Positions 1-12,910 of a stretch of 64,000 nt of DNA are shown here, piece by piece. A program made the position numbers and the translations under genes. This stretch comes from Isurus oxyrinchus (taxonomy: Eukaryota), in NCBI GenBank assembly GCA_026770705.1, contig JANJGN010000026.1:34782001-34846000 (forward strand), given 5' to 3'. Within the stretch, counting starts at the first letter, position 1. Every line of letters begins with the position of its first letter. The notes under the pieces were generated by a model. The model was not told where the DNA came from. It searched no databases and was given only the letters and a program-made list of their open reading frames with translations.

Positions 1-280
1 GTAGGGAGTTCCAGGATTTTGACCCAGTGACAGTGAAGAAATGGCAATATATTTCCAAGTCAGGATGGTGAGTTACTTGGAGGGGAACCTCCAGGTGGTG
101 GTGTTCCCATCTATCTGCTGCCCTTGTCCTTCTAGGTAGTTGTGGGTTTGGAAGGTGCTGTGTAACGTGTCTTGGTGAAAGCCTGATGTTGTGTCAGGAT
201 TTGAACCTGGGTCCCTCAAGCATTACCCTGATCTCTGGATTACTTGTCCAGTGACAATACCACTATGCCAATGTCTCCCC
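1..280 (-). mobile_element. HER1/HE1-type LINE/SINE fragments
   Basis: Reverse complement of the LINE tail at 29.6-29.8 kb, followed by a tRNA-derived SINE head (GGATTTGAACC…CCAGTGACAATACCACTATGCCA). Confidence 0.7.
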
Positions 281-429
281 AATAACTGAAACCATTGTCT
301 TCAGTCCCTTCTCCACTCCACAGCCACTGACTCCATCATCTCCCCAGCAACTGTCTGAGGCTGAACCAGACTTTTCACAACATTGGTGTCATGTTTCACC
401 CCAAACTGACCTTCAAACCACATCTGCAT

Positions 430-1645
430 CATGTGAACATGCAAAATAGGAAAATACGTAGGTTATTCAGCCCCTCAGGGCCACTCCGCCATTCAATATA
501 ATCATGACTGATTACTTGCATTTCAAATTCCACCTTCCCATCTACCCCTGAGAAACTTTGATTCCTGTGCCTAACAAGAATCTATCTACCTCTGCCTTAA
601 AAATATTTAATGACTCCACCACCACTGACTTCTGAGACAGGGAGTTCCAGAGTCCTCAGAGAAAAAAAATTCTCCTCATCTCTGTCCTAAAAGGGCGACT
701 CCTAATTTCACAACAATGCCCCTAGTTCTGGACTCACTAACAAGAGGAAACATCCTTTGCATATCCACCTTGTCAAGACCATTCAGAATCTTATATACTT
801 CAATCAAGTCACCCCTCCCTTTTCTAAACTCCAGTGGAAACAAGCCCAGCCTGTCCAACCTATCCTCAAAAGACAATCCGTTCATCCAGGTATCAATCTA
901 GTAAACCTCCTTTGAACCAGCTCCAATGCATTTACATCTTTCTTTAAATAAGGGGACCAAAAACTGCACACTGTATTCGATACGTGGTCTCACCAATGCC
1001 CTGTATAAGTGAAGCATAACATCCTTGCTTTGATGTTCAATCCCTCTCGTAATAAAGAAAAGCATTCCCTTAGCCTTCTTAACTACTTGCTATACCTGCA
1101 TACTAACTTTTTGTGCCTCATGCACTAGAACACCTAGATCCCTCTGCACCTTGAAATTCTGCAGTCATTCTCCATTTAAGTAACATTCTGCTTTTTTATT
1201 CTTCCTGCCAAAGTGAACAACTTCACATTTTCCAACATTAAACTCCATTTGCCAGATCTCTGCCCAATCAGTCAGCCTATCTATATGCATCTGCAACCTC
1301 CTTATGTCCTCTTCACAACATACATTCCTACATATCTTCATGTCATCTGCAAGTTTAGCTACAATGGCTTCTCTCCCCTCATCTAAGTCATTGATATCAA
1401 TTGTAAAAAGTTGACGTGCCAGCACAGATCCTGTGGGACTCCACGCATCACATCCTGCCAATCAGACAAGACCAATTTATGCATACTCTCTGTTTTCTGC
1501 CAGCCAGTCAATATTCTATCCATACTAACATGTTACATCCTACACCATGAGCTTTTATTTGTCGCGATAACCTTTGATGTGGCATCTTATCAAATGCCTT
1601 CTGGAAATCTAAGTACAGTATGTCGACAGGCTCCCCTTTATCATC
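430..1645 (-). mobile_element. CR1-clade LINE, 3' part, degenerate
   Basis: RT remnants GSVLARQLFTIDINDLD…KLADDMK, WQMEFNVGKCEVVHFG and RGDLIEVYKILNGLDKVD. Confidence 0.9.
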
Positions 1646-1649
1646 ACCA

Positions 1650-2160
1650 AGACTGCCCATTTCCACCTCAGTATCATCCAACTCCATCCTAGTCTCAGTT
1701 GCTCTGCAGCTGAAATTCTTATCTATTCATTTGTTACCTATAGACTTAACTATCCTAACGCAATCCCAGCCGGCCTCCCACATTAAACCTCCTTGTGAGC
1801 TTGAGGTCATTCAAAACTCTGCTGCCCATGTGCTTACTCCACCAAGTCTTGTTCACTCATCACCATCATGGTCTCTGAGGTACAAAGTTTCCAGGCTAAG
1901 AAGCACTTAAATTTTAAATTTATCATTTTTGCTTTCAAATCTCTTCATGTTATCGCTCCTTCCTATTTCTGTGATCTTCTCCAGCCTCATAACCACCAAG
2001 ATAATTCTTAAAACCTATCTCTGACCAAACTTCTGGTCATCTAGTCAAACATCTCCGTCTGTGGGCTCAGTGGCAAAAGTTGCTTCATAAAACTCCTGTG
2101 AAACACTTTGGAGCTTTCTATTACACGAAAGGCACCATATAAACACACATTGTTGTTGTT
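1650..2160 (+). mobile_element. L2-type LINE 3' fragment
   Basis: Similar to the reverse complement of the 4945-5795 element (LEVIQNSAAHVLT, TTTTAAATT motif, tail ending in TTGTTGTTGTT). Confidence 0.7.
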
Positions 2161-2689
2161 GATTTGGACATGTCACCATTCCTTCATCATCACTGAGTGA
2201 AATTCTTGTAACTCCTTATCTCACAGAAATGTGGGAGCAGTTTACCACACAGACTGCAAAGGTTCAAGGTCAAGCATCATCTTCTTCTCTGGTAACAGTG
2301 TTATACAATTCTATGACTCAATGATTCTTTACAGACATTCCCTGTTTATCAGCACGTTCCCTTGCTTTTTAAGCACTCCATGCTCAGTCATCATGTCCTT
2401 CATTTGCAGACATTTCCTGACAATCACCATTTTTAGAGACGCTCCCTAACTTTTATCACTTTCTCTACATTTACAGACGCTTCCTGAATGAGCTGACATT
2501 GCACATGCGCTGGGGCCTCTCCGGACTCACTCCAAAGTCAGACCTGAGCGGGAGAAACCGGGGAGTCAGGGATAATGTTTACGGTTTCTAGTCGCGTCCT
2601 AAATAGAAAATGTTGCAGGTTATATTTTGAGTTCTGGATCCGCATTCGGTCTTTGTAAACCCTCCATTTTAAACCCGCTCGCTCGAGCT

Positions 2690-2850
2690 CTCTTACCGTC
2701 CGTCGCCATGGCCTGCACATGCTCAGATCACAATGCCCGAGACTGATTGACGGCAACTCGCGACCAATAGGAAGACGGGGCGGGACTGGAGGACCCTGCG
2801 AAAGTGGCTGGTCCTCCAAGCAATTGGAGTGAATGAGGGGCGGGGCTGAG
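2690..2850. promoter_or_regulatory. CpG-rich promoter-like region with CCAAT, two GC boxes and a candidate minus-strand first exon (ATG GCG ACG GAC G|GTAAGA)
   Basis: CCAAT 2764-2768, GGGGCGGG at about 2777 and 2837, ATG 2709-2707 in GCCATGG context, donor GT 2696-2695. Confidence 0.6.
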
Positions 2851-3864
2851 TCCGGATCTCCCTCATTGCCAGAAACTGCATCATTTTGAAAGTTGATTCG
2901 TCTCAAACTCCAAGAGAAAACTGGACCTTTCTGTTTGTGGCTTTAAACAGATGAAACTGTCTACACCTGTGGGTGTGGAGCAAACATTTCAACATTTGCT
3001 GCTGAAATGGATTCAGTCAGGACAGGCAGCAGGAATTATTTCGGGAAATTACAGGGCGTAGTGATTGTTTCTCTTTGAATTCATCCCTTGGAGAACAGTG
3101 TGAATTAGTGGAAGAATTCGCAGGCTGCTTAACCCCACTTCCGTGTCTGGAAGCATTTAATTCCAGCCGATTTGTTGTTCCGGCATTAGCCGGGAGAGTT
3201 TGATCAGCTCACACAGTGGGAGAGAACAGCCAGACCTGCCGGATACACCTATCCTGCCTGATGTCAACCCAGAATGAGCTGCAGAGCCGTCTTCACTCAC
3301 CAGGACTGTCTGCAGAGGAGTTTATGGCTCAGAGGCGGGAATGTTTCATTTTTATTAATGACCCTAAATCCCTCAAGTTCCATTGAACCGACAGAGCCTC
3401 TTCATTTCTATATCCATTTCATTGCTTAAATAAAGCCTTGATTTTATGTTTGCAGCTTAATGGTGACACTTGCATAATCTAACCACCTCCTTCCTTGTGA
3501 GAGTGCAGAACTACAGAAGCTGCAGAAGCCACACCATTTGTCTATCCTCTACCAAGCCTCTCCTCAACCCCTCAGAATCAAACTATTCCTATCTTTGTCC
3601 AGTATTTTCATTATCCTACAATGAAAGGCCTCTGTTTATTATGCTTAGTTATTGTGAATCTAATAAAGCTGCTCCAATGGTGATTCTAATTCAGTTTGCA
3701 TTATGTTTAATCTTGGGCTATTATGTCTGCCTCTATTTCTGCCTCAACTTCATGTTCAGTCTGGCTTCACTGGAATGAACTTTCTGTGGTCAGAATTCTG
3801 TTAAACAACCTGTTCATCTGTGTGTATTCTCTCAGTCCCCAAATGCCTGTGTTAGTTGTTGTTT

Positions 3865-4190
3865 AATACTTCGTCAGCAGCCTCTCGATTCAAGGATGAT
3901 GTCTACTCAGGGTGGTGAGTTTCTGCCATGGGTCTTCTTGTGACTGAACAGACTGATTCTTGACCTGCAGATATTTGGACTCATGAGGCAGGACATCCAT
4001 GAAGTATTGGGATCTGGAGCACAGCATCTGATTCCACTTCTTTGCTGCTGCTGTGCCTCATCATGAAGACACTGTGACTCAAAGTGTGATGCCGCTTGAT
4101 GGATAAGTTGTCGCCATTCTGAACAGTTGGTAGAAAGCTCCTCCAAGTCATTAAAGTCAATGCTGCTGCACTTCAAGGTGAACAGGCTGC
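3865..4190 (-). mobile_element. RTE-clade LINE 3' end
   Basis: C-terminal RTE motifs …EWRQLIHQ…CRSRISLFSHKKTH. Confidence 0.75.
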
Positions 4191-4199
4191 AGAAAATAG

Positions 4200-4600
4200 G
4201 TTTGTATTTCATGAAATATTGAAGTTTCAGGGGTGATATGATGCTGTTTTTTTAAATGATCAATATGTTTGTGAGGGTAGATACAGGGAAAACATTTGCT
4301 CTGCTGGGGAATCGAGAACAAGGGGGCAGAATGAAAACAGTAGAACCTGGAGTGAAATCAGGAACGATGTGTTCAGACAATGGTTGTGGGAATCAGGACC
4401 AACCTCCCCAAAAAGCTGTGAATGCTGGGGGTCAATTGAATTTTTCAAGACATGAATAGATTGAATTTTGTTAAGCAAAGATATAAAAGTAATTTGATCA
4501 AAGATGGGAAAAGGGGGTTGTGGTACAGATCAGCATCAATCAAATAGAATGGTGGAGTAGGTTTGAGGGGCTGAATGGCCTGCTTCTGTTCCTATGTGCA
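4200..4600 (+). mobile_element. CR1 3' end
   Basis: Typical tail …GAATGGTGGAGTAGGTTTGAGGGGCTGAATGGCCTGCTTCTGTTCCTATG. Confidence 0.75.
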
Positions 4601-4944
4601 GCAAGAAAGGGGGCAGTTTGTAATGTCCGTGTGGGCTGCAGTGTGTTCAGCATCTGACTCTGTGTTGCCTCCTCTCATCCAGCTCTCGGGAGCAGTCACT
4701 TTCCTCTCAGATGGAGTTTAAAGGAAGGACTGCCCCATCTGACACAGGTGTACCTTGAGATTTCAGTGCCATTAACAAGACCTGCAGCGGATATTGCCCA
4801 TCCCCATTTACCTGTGGGGAAGATGATGTTTGACCTTCTTGAACCTCTGCAACCCGTGTGAAGGTGCTCCCACAATGTTGTTAGATAGGGAGTTACAGAA
4901 CGTTTCACCCTGTAGTGATGAAGGAACAGTAATATGTATCCAAA

Positions 4945-5795
4945 CCAACAATAATTTGTATTTATATAGCATCTTTTCATGTAAATATATGTTCCAAAGC
5001 ATTTTGTAGAAATATTACAAAGCAACATTTGACACCGAGCCACATAAGGGCAGGTGACCAAAGGCTTGGTGAAAGAGTAAGGCTAAGGAGTATCTTAAAG
5101 GAAGAAAGTGAATAGAGATGTGGGCAGATTTAGGGAGGAAATTTCAGAGCTTGAGGCCTCAGAAACTTAAAGAATGGTAACCAGTGATGGAGTGATTAAT
5201 TGAGAATGGTCGAGAGATCAGGATTAGATCAGCGCAGTGATCACAAAGGGTTGTGGGCTTGGAGGAGATCACAGAGAAAGGGGTGATTGCAGCCACAGAG
5301 GGATTTGAAAACAAGGATGAGAATTTTAAAATGTTGATGCTTCTTAAACGTGAGCCTTTTTAGGTCAGCGAGCACAGAGGTGATGAGTGAGCAAGACTTA
5401 CTGCAAACAAACACATGGGTAGCAGGGTGTTGCATTACCTCAAGTTTACTGGGGAGGTGAATGTGGGATGTGGCCTGGGGTGCGTTAGGGTAGTTAAGTC
5501 TAGAGTTAATAAAGGCATAGATGAAAGTTTCAGAATTGCGTGAGCTGAGACTAGGACAGGGTTCGGTTATGTTACAGAAGTGGGAATCGGCGGTCTTTGT
5601 GATGATGCAGATATGTTTGAAGAATGACACCAATTTGAGAAGAATCTGGTTCAGCCTCAGACAGTTGCAGCAGAGAGGAGAAGAGCCAGTGGCTAAGGAG
5701 TGACGTTTGTAGGGGGGACTAAAGACAATGGCTTTAATTTTTCCAATATTTAATTGGAGGACATTTCTGTTCACGCGGCACTGGATGCCAGACAA
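4945..5795 (-). mobile_element. L2-type LINE 3' fragment
   Basis: ORF 5241-5795 with LQLNIGKIKAIVF, ETFIYAFINSRLNY and FKILILVFKSL. Confidence 0.8.
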
Positions 5796-5931
5796 GTCAG
5801 GATGGTGTGTGCGTTTGCATACACCTGTTACCCTGCTCCTTCTAGATGGTGTAGATTCAGGGTTTGGGACGTTCTGTCAAAGTTCTGGTCAAGTTGATAT
5901 GAAATCCCTCTCTTTCACCCCTGCCACTCTC

Positions 5932-5932
5932 A

Positions 5933-5971
<39 letters not shown>

Positions 5972-5995
5972 CTCTCTCTCTATCTCTCTCTCCCT
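5932..5995. repeat. (CT)n microsatellite
   Basis: Visible run. Confidence 0.95.
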
Positions 5996-6198
5996 CTGAA
6001 CCTTACCCTCTCACATCATTCTCCATCTCTCCTTTTGCATATTTCCCTCATTTTCTCTCTCTATTTCCATCTTTATCTCCCCCTCACTGGGTATTAGGAG
6101 GGGAAGATTTGCAGTCAGGAAACTCTAACCAAACATCACACTAGGATCTGGCTGAGTTGCCCAATTTATCGTAGCCTGAATATCATCAGAGTTTGAAC

Positions 6199-6519
6199 AT
6201 GGAAGGAAAAAGCACCGTTTACAGTGGGGAGAAACTGTACACGTGTTCTGTGTGTGGATGAGGATTCACGGGATCATCTGGCCTGTCGAAATACAAGCGC
6301 GGTTACACTGACGAGAATCTGCGGAAATGTGGGGAATGTGAGGAAGGACTGAGCCACCGATCTTAGCTGGAAACTCACCAATGCAGTCACACTGGTGGGA
6401 AGTTATTAACCTGCTCCATGTGTGGGAAGGGATTCATTCACTCATGCATCCATTGGCTGAGACACCAGCAAGTTCACACTGGGGAGAGGCCATTAACCTG
6501 CTCTGAGTGTGGGAAGGGA
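6199..6519 (+). pseudogene. C2H2 zinc-finger pseudogene (about 3.5 degenerate fingers)
   Basis: MEGKSTVYSGEKLYTCSVCG*GF...[16 protein letters not shown]...[19 protein letters not shown]. In-frame stops at 6259 (TGA) and 6364 (TAG), some His residues lost, truncated. Confidence 0.9.
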
Positions 6520-7441
6520 AAACATCACAGCAAGTTAACTGTCTGAATGCAATGGGAGAGAAGGGAATTGACTACCAGAAGCCCAAGGGTCCAATGCTTT
6601 CCCATCAATCATCAATAACATCATTCACAGATTCCATTTCTTAGCTGCACCTCCTTCCAAACATTGTGATCTATTTTCCTCAGGATGTGTTCCTGGGTTT
6701 AATATTGACCTGCTTTGTGACCTTGTTCTGAAATCAGATTCGCTTCAATCTCCAACACAAATTGAGTAGCAAACCTGACAGACAAACAATGGAAAACAAG
6801 TCATCAGTAACACAAATCCCATGGTGCTCATTTTCAGATGCACAACTGTCAGTTTTTAAATAAAAAGATGGAATTTCACAGTGAAAAGATTTAGAAAGTT
6901 GTTGTTGTTTTTATTTGTGACTCCCTCACTAGGGTATTTTGTAAATGGTGCTTGGAGGCTTAGTGAACGGGATATAATTTACCTGCCTTTCCCTGAGCCT
7001 GTGCTCAGTGTATTGGGAAGTTTAGCCCGTGTTGGAGTATCTTGCATCCCAGGGATGGGCAGTAAGCCACTGATTGAAGCTACTGTTGCTGCTTTCTGCT
7101 GGCAGCGGGTGATTGGAGAGTGTGGGGCCAGAATATTGCTGCTTCTCCGCTCTTCCCTATCCCACTCACTGTGGAGCTGAAGAAGAGAGAATCACTGATG
7201 GGTTTGTTTGAATCTCATAACTTCATATCTTTCCAATGGATTAGATATAGGTACATGGCAGGTCTGATCATTTTCTCTTTACATTTGAAATATTCATAAG
7301 AAAGCGACTGTTTGTGTGGGATCACTGAATAACAGAAACATGTGCCTCGATTGTGGATTATTTTCTTGAAGCCAATATGCACCTTGACAACCCAGAGTTG
7401 TGGGGTGATGAATGTGATGGGCTGACAAACGGTGAAAGCTT

Positions 7442-7519
7442 CGTCGGCGGGTGGTCTCGCTCGAATCACCAACCTTCTGGTTAACAGCCGAACACGCTGA
7501 CCAATTGCACCACAGAAAA
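7442..7519 (-). pseudogene. tRNA-Asn(GTT) pseudogene
   Basis: Reverse complement matches vertebrate tRNA-Asn (…GTTCGGCTGTTAACC…AAGGTTGGTGATTCGAGC) with a 4-nt insertion and a broken acceptor stem. Confidence 0.85.
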
Positions 7520-9299
7520 AGTCGCAAGATATGTACTTAAAGGTTCAGATGCCGCTATCAGAATGATCATTGTTCTCTACGAGTTTTACCTTTCCAAAAT
7601 AAAGGGTGAGGCATTGATTTGGATATATGGAAACAGTCTGATCCCACCCACTGCAGACACATCCATGTCACCTGGAACCAGCTCTCCTACAGTCTCCCTT
7701 CGATCCTTTTGGTGCCTTGTCTGTCACCAAGTGCTCTGATTGTCCCGAAACCAATATTCGGCTTGAATTGCTGATGTGCAGTGAGGAGAATCCTTTCCAT
7801 GTCTCAGATCAGTTAATTTCAATGATAACATCAGAGTCAATGTTCCAGTGCCTTAAAGAGGGGAACGGTACCTTGAACGGTCAGTCGGACAGTTTGCCCT
7901 TCGTTCTCCTCTGATCCCGGTTCCCAAAGAATTTCGAAAGCTTTGCAAAGCTGGAGACTGGGTTTTTTGCTTTGGTTCCTTTTGCATCTTCCCAACTGCT
8001 AGCTGGCAATATTTTCTAAAATCTCATTGCAATTTTTCACCTTGCATCATGTCCATAGATGAGGAAATTCAGCTTTGTGGAGAGATTATAGAGGCCGCGA
8101 TTGTTCTCTTTAGAATAAAGGAGGTTAAACAGAGATTTCATGGAGCTTATGAAATTAAAGAACAATATTGAAAGAGTTGCAGGAGTTTCTGCAGTGCCCA
8201 TGCGCACTGTGTGATCATCAACAAAATTTCCCTGACCCAATGACATCAGGAGTTGGACTTTAGATTCCGATATAGTTTTTGAACCATAAATGTATTTATG
8301 CAGCTGATTTCATACCAAACTTTCCAAAGAGATTGATTCAGATCAAGCATGTCCTCGTTTTTCTCAGTCGCCTTATACAATCTAATTCCTCTTGCTGTAC
8401 AACCTGTTACAGAGACTGTTATAGAAAAGAGGGAAAGGTTTGCTGCAGCTATACAAAGCCCTGGTTAGGTCACACCTGGAGGACTGTGTATAGTTCTGGG
8501 AACGGCATCTGATAAAGGATCAATATTTGCCTTGAAAGTTTCAGAGGAGCCACATTGATTCTGTTGGTGGGTTTGGAAATTGAACGTTGTACATCCGCAG
8601 CTTGTGGCACTATTTTCCCCTCACTGTTCACTTCATGTCCATGTTGAACACACTCGATGCAGTTATTGGCTGAAGAAGTCTTCTATGTTTTAACTAAACA
8701 GGCTGTTATTTGGCACTCCCGCTCCTGCCGCCCTGGTTTGGCTCTCATCAGGGAATGTTGTTTCCTTGTTGCTGTGTGAACTGTCACAATGAACTGATCC
8801 TGGAATCTCTTTCCCCCGGGATCTACAAAACCCATCACGTCTCTTCTTTCATTCTCACTCTTTCATTCCCAGTTTGAGTCGGTTCTCCTTTTGGGCCCTT
8901 CAACAAATCCATTTGGACGGACAAGTGGCAGCTGAAATTTAATGTCTGGAAGTGTGAAGTGATTCATTTTGGTCGGAGAGGAGAGGAAACTGAAAATAAT
9001 AGTTACAGTTTTAAAGGGGCTTCTATGTTGCACAACGAGTGGTTCGGATCAGGAATGTGTCAAAGCGGTTCGGTTCCATGAGGGGATGGACCCATTTTTA
9101 CCATCGCAAACTTCACTCACATTAGTTGTGTAGCTTTTCATTAAAAAGGTTCAGAAAGAAAAAGCAGGTTGGAAAGATGCAAGAGGAGAATGTTTCTTTC
9201 TGTATGTTTTTTCAGTGGAGACCGTTCAGTTACTGAATGTTACAATGTGGAGAGTGATTGAAAATTTCAGTCATGGCAAGGACAATTTTTGACACTAGC

Positions 9300-9381
9300 G
9301 GTTGCGTGGCCGAGTGGTCCAAGATGCTGGAGTTAGGTTCTACTTTTTGTGGAAGCGTGGGTTCAAATCTCTCCATTGTCA
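9300..9381 (+). pseudogene. tRNA-Leu(TAG) pseudogene
   Basis: GGTTGCGTGGCCGAGTGGTCCAAGATGCTGGAGTTAGG…GCGTGGGTTCAAATC, 82 nt, colinear with tRNA-Leu; several stem mismatches. Confidence 0.85.
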
Positions 9382-9429
9382 GAGTTTCAGACAGTTCATA
9401 TTTTCAATCAATTTTGCCAAACCTTTCAG

Positions 9430-9805
9430 TTATAGAGTCATAGAGGCCTATAGCACAGAAAAAGGCCCTTCGGCCCATCGAGTCTGTGCCCGTCAAACAA
9501 GTGCCTAAATATTCTAATCCCATTTTCCAGCACTAGGCCCATAGCCTTGTATACCATGGCATCGCAAGTGCACATACAAATACTTCTTTAACGTTTTGAG
9601 GGTTTCTGGCTCTACCACTCTTTCAGGCAGTGTGTTCCAGATTCCCACCACCCTCTGGGTGAAAAAATTCTTCCTTGCATCCCCTCTAAACCTTTTGCCC
9701 CTTGTCTTAAATCTACGCCCCCTGGTTATTGATCCCTCCACTAAGGGGAAAAGCTCCTTCCTGTCTACCCTACCTATACCCCATATAATTTTATGCACCT
9801 CAATC
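9430..9805 (-). mobile_element. CR1 3' end
   Basis: RVDRKELFPLVEGSITRGRRFK…KNFFTQRVVGIWNTLP. Confidence 0.9.
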
Positions 9806-9980
9806 ACATGTGTGTTCCTGTGCACGTTCAGTGTACAGTGCTCCATTCTGGAGGAAAGATCGAGGAGAGACAGCAGAAATTGCAGGGCAGCCAGGAATAG
9901 ATGGGGCTACATGTCTTCATTCTCAGCTGTAACCACTCTGTCGCTTTATGTACAAAGCATTAAAAGGTAGATGGCAGCAA

Positions 9981-10060
9981 TGGATGGAGCTGAGTTGCTT
10001 ATGTAATGGGCTTGAAACCATTTTATGTTCCCTGATACAAGTTCAAATCCTACATATTGA
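9981..10060 (+). pseudogene. Highly degenerate tRNA-Ser(TGA)-like remnant
   Basis: GGGCTTGAAACCA anticodon-arm-like segment, long variable region and GTTCAAATCC B-box; weak overall match. Confidence 0.4.
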
Positions 10061-10469
10061 ACCTGCAAACTACATTTAATAGTTTACATTTCTCACTGTT
10101 CCTGCTTTAAGAATGAGTTACAGAATTAATTATCTATTAAAAAAATATTTCAAACGCTTCCCAGTATTTTTCATTTCTGTTCATCCGCAGGCATTCACCA
10201 AATTTGCAGTTGGAAATGGAACAAAAACGGAGCCAATCTGGTGACATCCTTGCTTTCTGGACATTTTTCTTTCCTTAGACAGCTGTCACTATCGGTGTGT
10301 GTGTGTGTGTGTGTGTTCCTCTGCGTGTGTCAATGTGGTTTAGTTCCCTGAGAGGGATAAACGCATTTTTACCATCGGAAACTTTATTCACTTTAGTTAT
10401 GTGTCTTCATGGTAAATGGTACAGAGAATAATAGTAGTTTTAAAAGTTGCAAGAGGACCTTTACTGCGT

Positions 10470-10539
10470 TGGGGCAACCCAGTGGTTAAAACAGTGGATT
10501 TACCAAATCGGGTGCTGAGTTCGACCCTCGCTGGTGCAT
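10470..10539 (+). pseudogene. Degenerate tRNA remnant (Thr-like)
   Basis: CAGTGGTTAAAACAGTGG A-box region and GAGTTCGACCCTCGCTGGTGC B-box/T-arm; anticodon loop damaged. Confidence 0.5.
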
Positions 10540-11345
10540 GTAGACAAAAATTAGTTGATGAAAACGATGCAAATGTAAGCTGTGAGGAGGATACAGAGGA
10601 GTATATCGGCTGTGAAGAGATTTAGACATGTCAGGGTAACAGGGATGGAACATGAGAGAATAATTTCCACATGTGCATAGCTATTCAGGAGGTCTGAAAA
10701 AATTTGATAAATAAGTGGAACTATTTAGGCACAACAAGTAATTAGGAAAGCTGATTGAACATTATCATTCACTGTGAGGGGAATTGAAGTAAGGAGGTTA
10801 TAGTTCAGTTGTACAGGACACCGGTATGACCATATCTGGAGTACTGTGGAGAGTGTTGGCCTCCTTATTTAAGGAAAGATGTAAATGCATTAGAAGTCAT
10901 TCAGGGAAGGCTTACTGGACTAATATCAAGGATAGGCGGGCTGTCTCATGAGGAAAGGGTGGACAGGCTAGGCCTGTATCTGCTGGAATTTAGAAAGCTA
11001 AGAGGTGACTTGATCGAAATCTTTCAGATTCTGAGGGGTTTTGACAGGGTGGGTGTGAAGAGGATCTTTCCTCTTGTGGGAGAATCTGGAAATAGGTGTC
11101 ACTGTTTAAAAATTGGGGTTCGCTCATTTAAGACAGAGATGAGAGAATTCTTTTTCTCTCAGAGTGTCGTAAGTGGAAGCAGAGTCTTTGAATCTTTTTA
11201 AGGCAGAGATAGGTATATTTAACAAGAGGCTGAAAGATTCATGGGGATTGGTCGGAAGTTAGAAACAGATCAGCCATGATCTTATTAAATGGCTGAACAG
11301 GCTTGAAGGGCCGAGTGGCCTAATCCTGCTCCTAATTCGTATGTT
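10540..11345 (+). mobile_element. CR1 3' part
   Basis: LRGDLIEIFQILRGFDRV…FFFSQSVV plus CR1 tail. Confidence 0.85.
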
Positions 11346-11915
11346 CACATGCCTTTTGAGTATAGACTGCTTACCGATTCAGTACCCGAATGCCACAAAG
11401 TCAAGGATGATTGAGATTTTCACTGAGCAACATGTAAACAGACAATGGATTCACTCGGTGCGATGGTCTGTTCCAGTTCTATATGTGCAATCACAGAATC
11501 AATTTCTATTTGAGAGTCTATTCAAAGAGTCATCCGGACTCGAAACGTCAACTGTGTTCCTCTCCGCAGATGCTGTCAGACCCGCTGAGTTTTTCCAGCT
11601 ATTTTTGTTTCTGTATCAATTTATATTTGTTGCTTTGAACCCAACGAGTTGGATGTTATGCACATGTTTGCTCTAATTTATCTAATTTTCTTTGAAATAA
11701 AAATTCATATAACTATTTGCCTGGGAACTTACTGGATAACAGCAGGGCTGGAAAAGTTAGGGCAACATTTCCTTGTAACCAAAAGACTAAAAGCAGAACT
11801 GTGTCTGTAATATAAGTAGAAGCAGGAATAGAGAGAATCTACTGGCCCTAGATGGTGTCAAACCACCAATGTTCTGGTTGACAGCTGAATTCTCTAAACA
11901 GGATGATTCACAAGC

Positions 11916-11981
11916 ACCCTGGTGACCTGGTGGTTAGGATTCAGTGCTTTCATCGCCCAGGTTTGATTCCCGGTCTCGCTG
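11916..11981 (+). pseudogene. tRNA-Glu(TTC) pseudogene
   Basis: CCCTGGTGACCTGGTGGTTAGGATTCAGTGCTTTCATCGCC…GGTTTGATTCCCGGT, with a deletion in the variable region. Confidence 0.8.
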
Positions 11982-12039
11982 TTGTGCAAAATATCACAAC
12001 CAGAAACCAATTTCTGATCCAAAAAACACTATCACCCCC

Positions 12040-12910
12040 AACATCTCATCCCCTTCCCACGGCACCTTCCCATGCAATTGCAGGAGGTGTAACACCTGCC
12101 CCTTTACCTCCTCCCGCCTCCCTCCAAGATCCCAAACTCTCCTTCCAGATGAAGCAGAGATTTATTTGCACTTCATGCAATTCAGGCTGCTGCATTCACT
12201 GCCCTCAAGGTGGTCTCCTCTACACTGGGGAGAGTAAACACAGACTGACTGTCCGCTTTGTGGAACACTTTCACTCAGTCCACAAGCATAACCCAGACCT
12301 GCCCATCACCATCTGGCTCACACTCACATTTCTGTCCTCAGCTTTCTACAATGTTCCAGTGAAGCTCAATGCAAACTGGAGGAACAGCACCTCATCTTCT
12401 CAATAGGCACTCTACAGCCTTCTGGACTCAACATTGAGGTCAACAGATTCACACCATGAACTCCATCCTCCATTTTAATTTCCCTGCAGCCTCCCAACCC
12501 CCAAGTGCCAGTTTGCATCTTGTTCTCATGTTTTGCTTTCAGACAGCGCCGACCCTTTTTCTGCTATTAACACATTATGCTATTTTGCTTCCAGTCAGTG
12601 CTGACCTTTGTCTAAATATTAACACCTGCTTTCATAATTAATAATATCATTCCCTTTGCCTTTGACTTGTGTTCCATGATATCTTTGTCATTTAATCTCT
12701 CCAGATCTCCAACCTATCCCTGAACATTTTTGCTCCATTTTCTAAACCGCCCCCCCCCACCCCCACCCCGCCCCGTCAGTAGCATAAAATCCATCACATT
12801 TCTATCTCCCTTCAGTTCTGAAGAAGAGCCACATGGCCTGAAAACATTCAACATGTTTCTGTCTCTACAGATGCTGCCAGACCTGCTGGGAACTTCAGCA
12901 CCCCTGTTTT
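12040..12910 (+). mobile_element. Penelope-like element 3' part (GIY-YIG remnant plus pseudo-LTR)
   Basis: FICTSCNSGCCIHCPQGGLLYTGESKHRLTVRFVEH resembles the GIY-YIG motif; terminal CAGTTCTGAAGAAGAG…ACAGATGCTGCCAGACCTGCTG. Confidence 0.85.
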
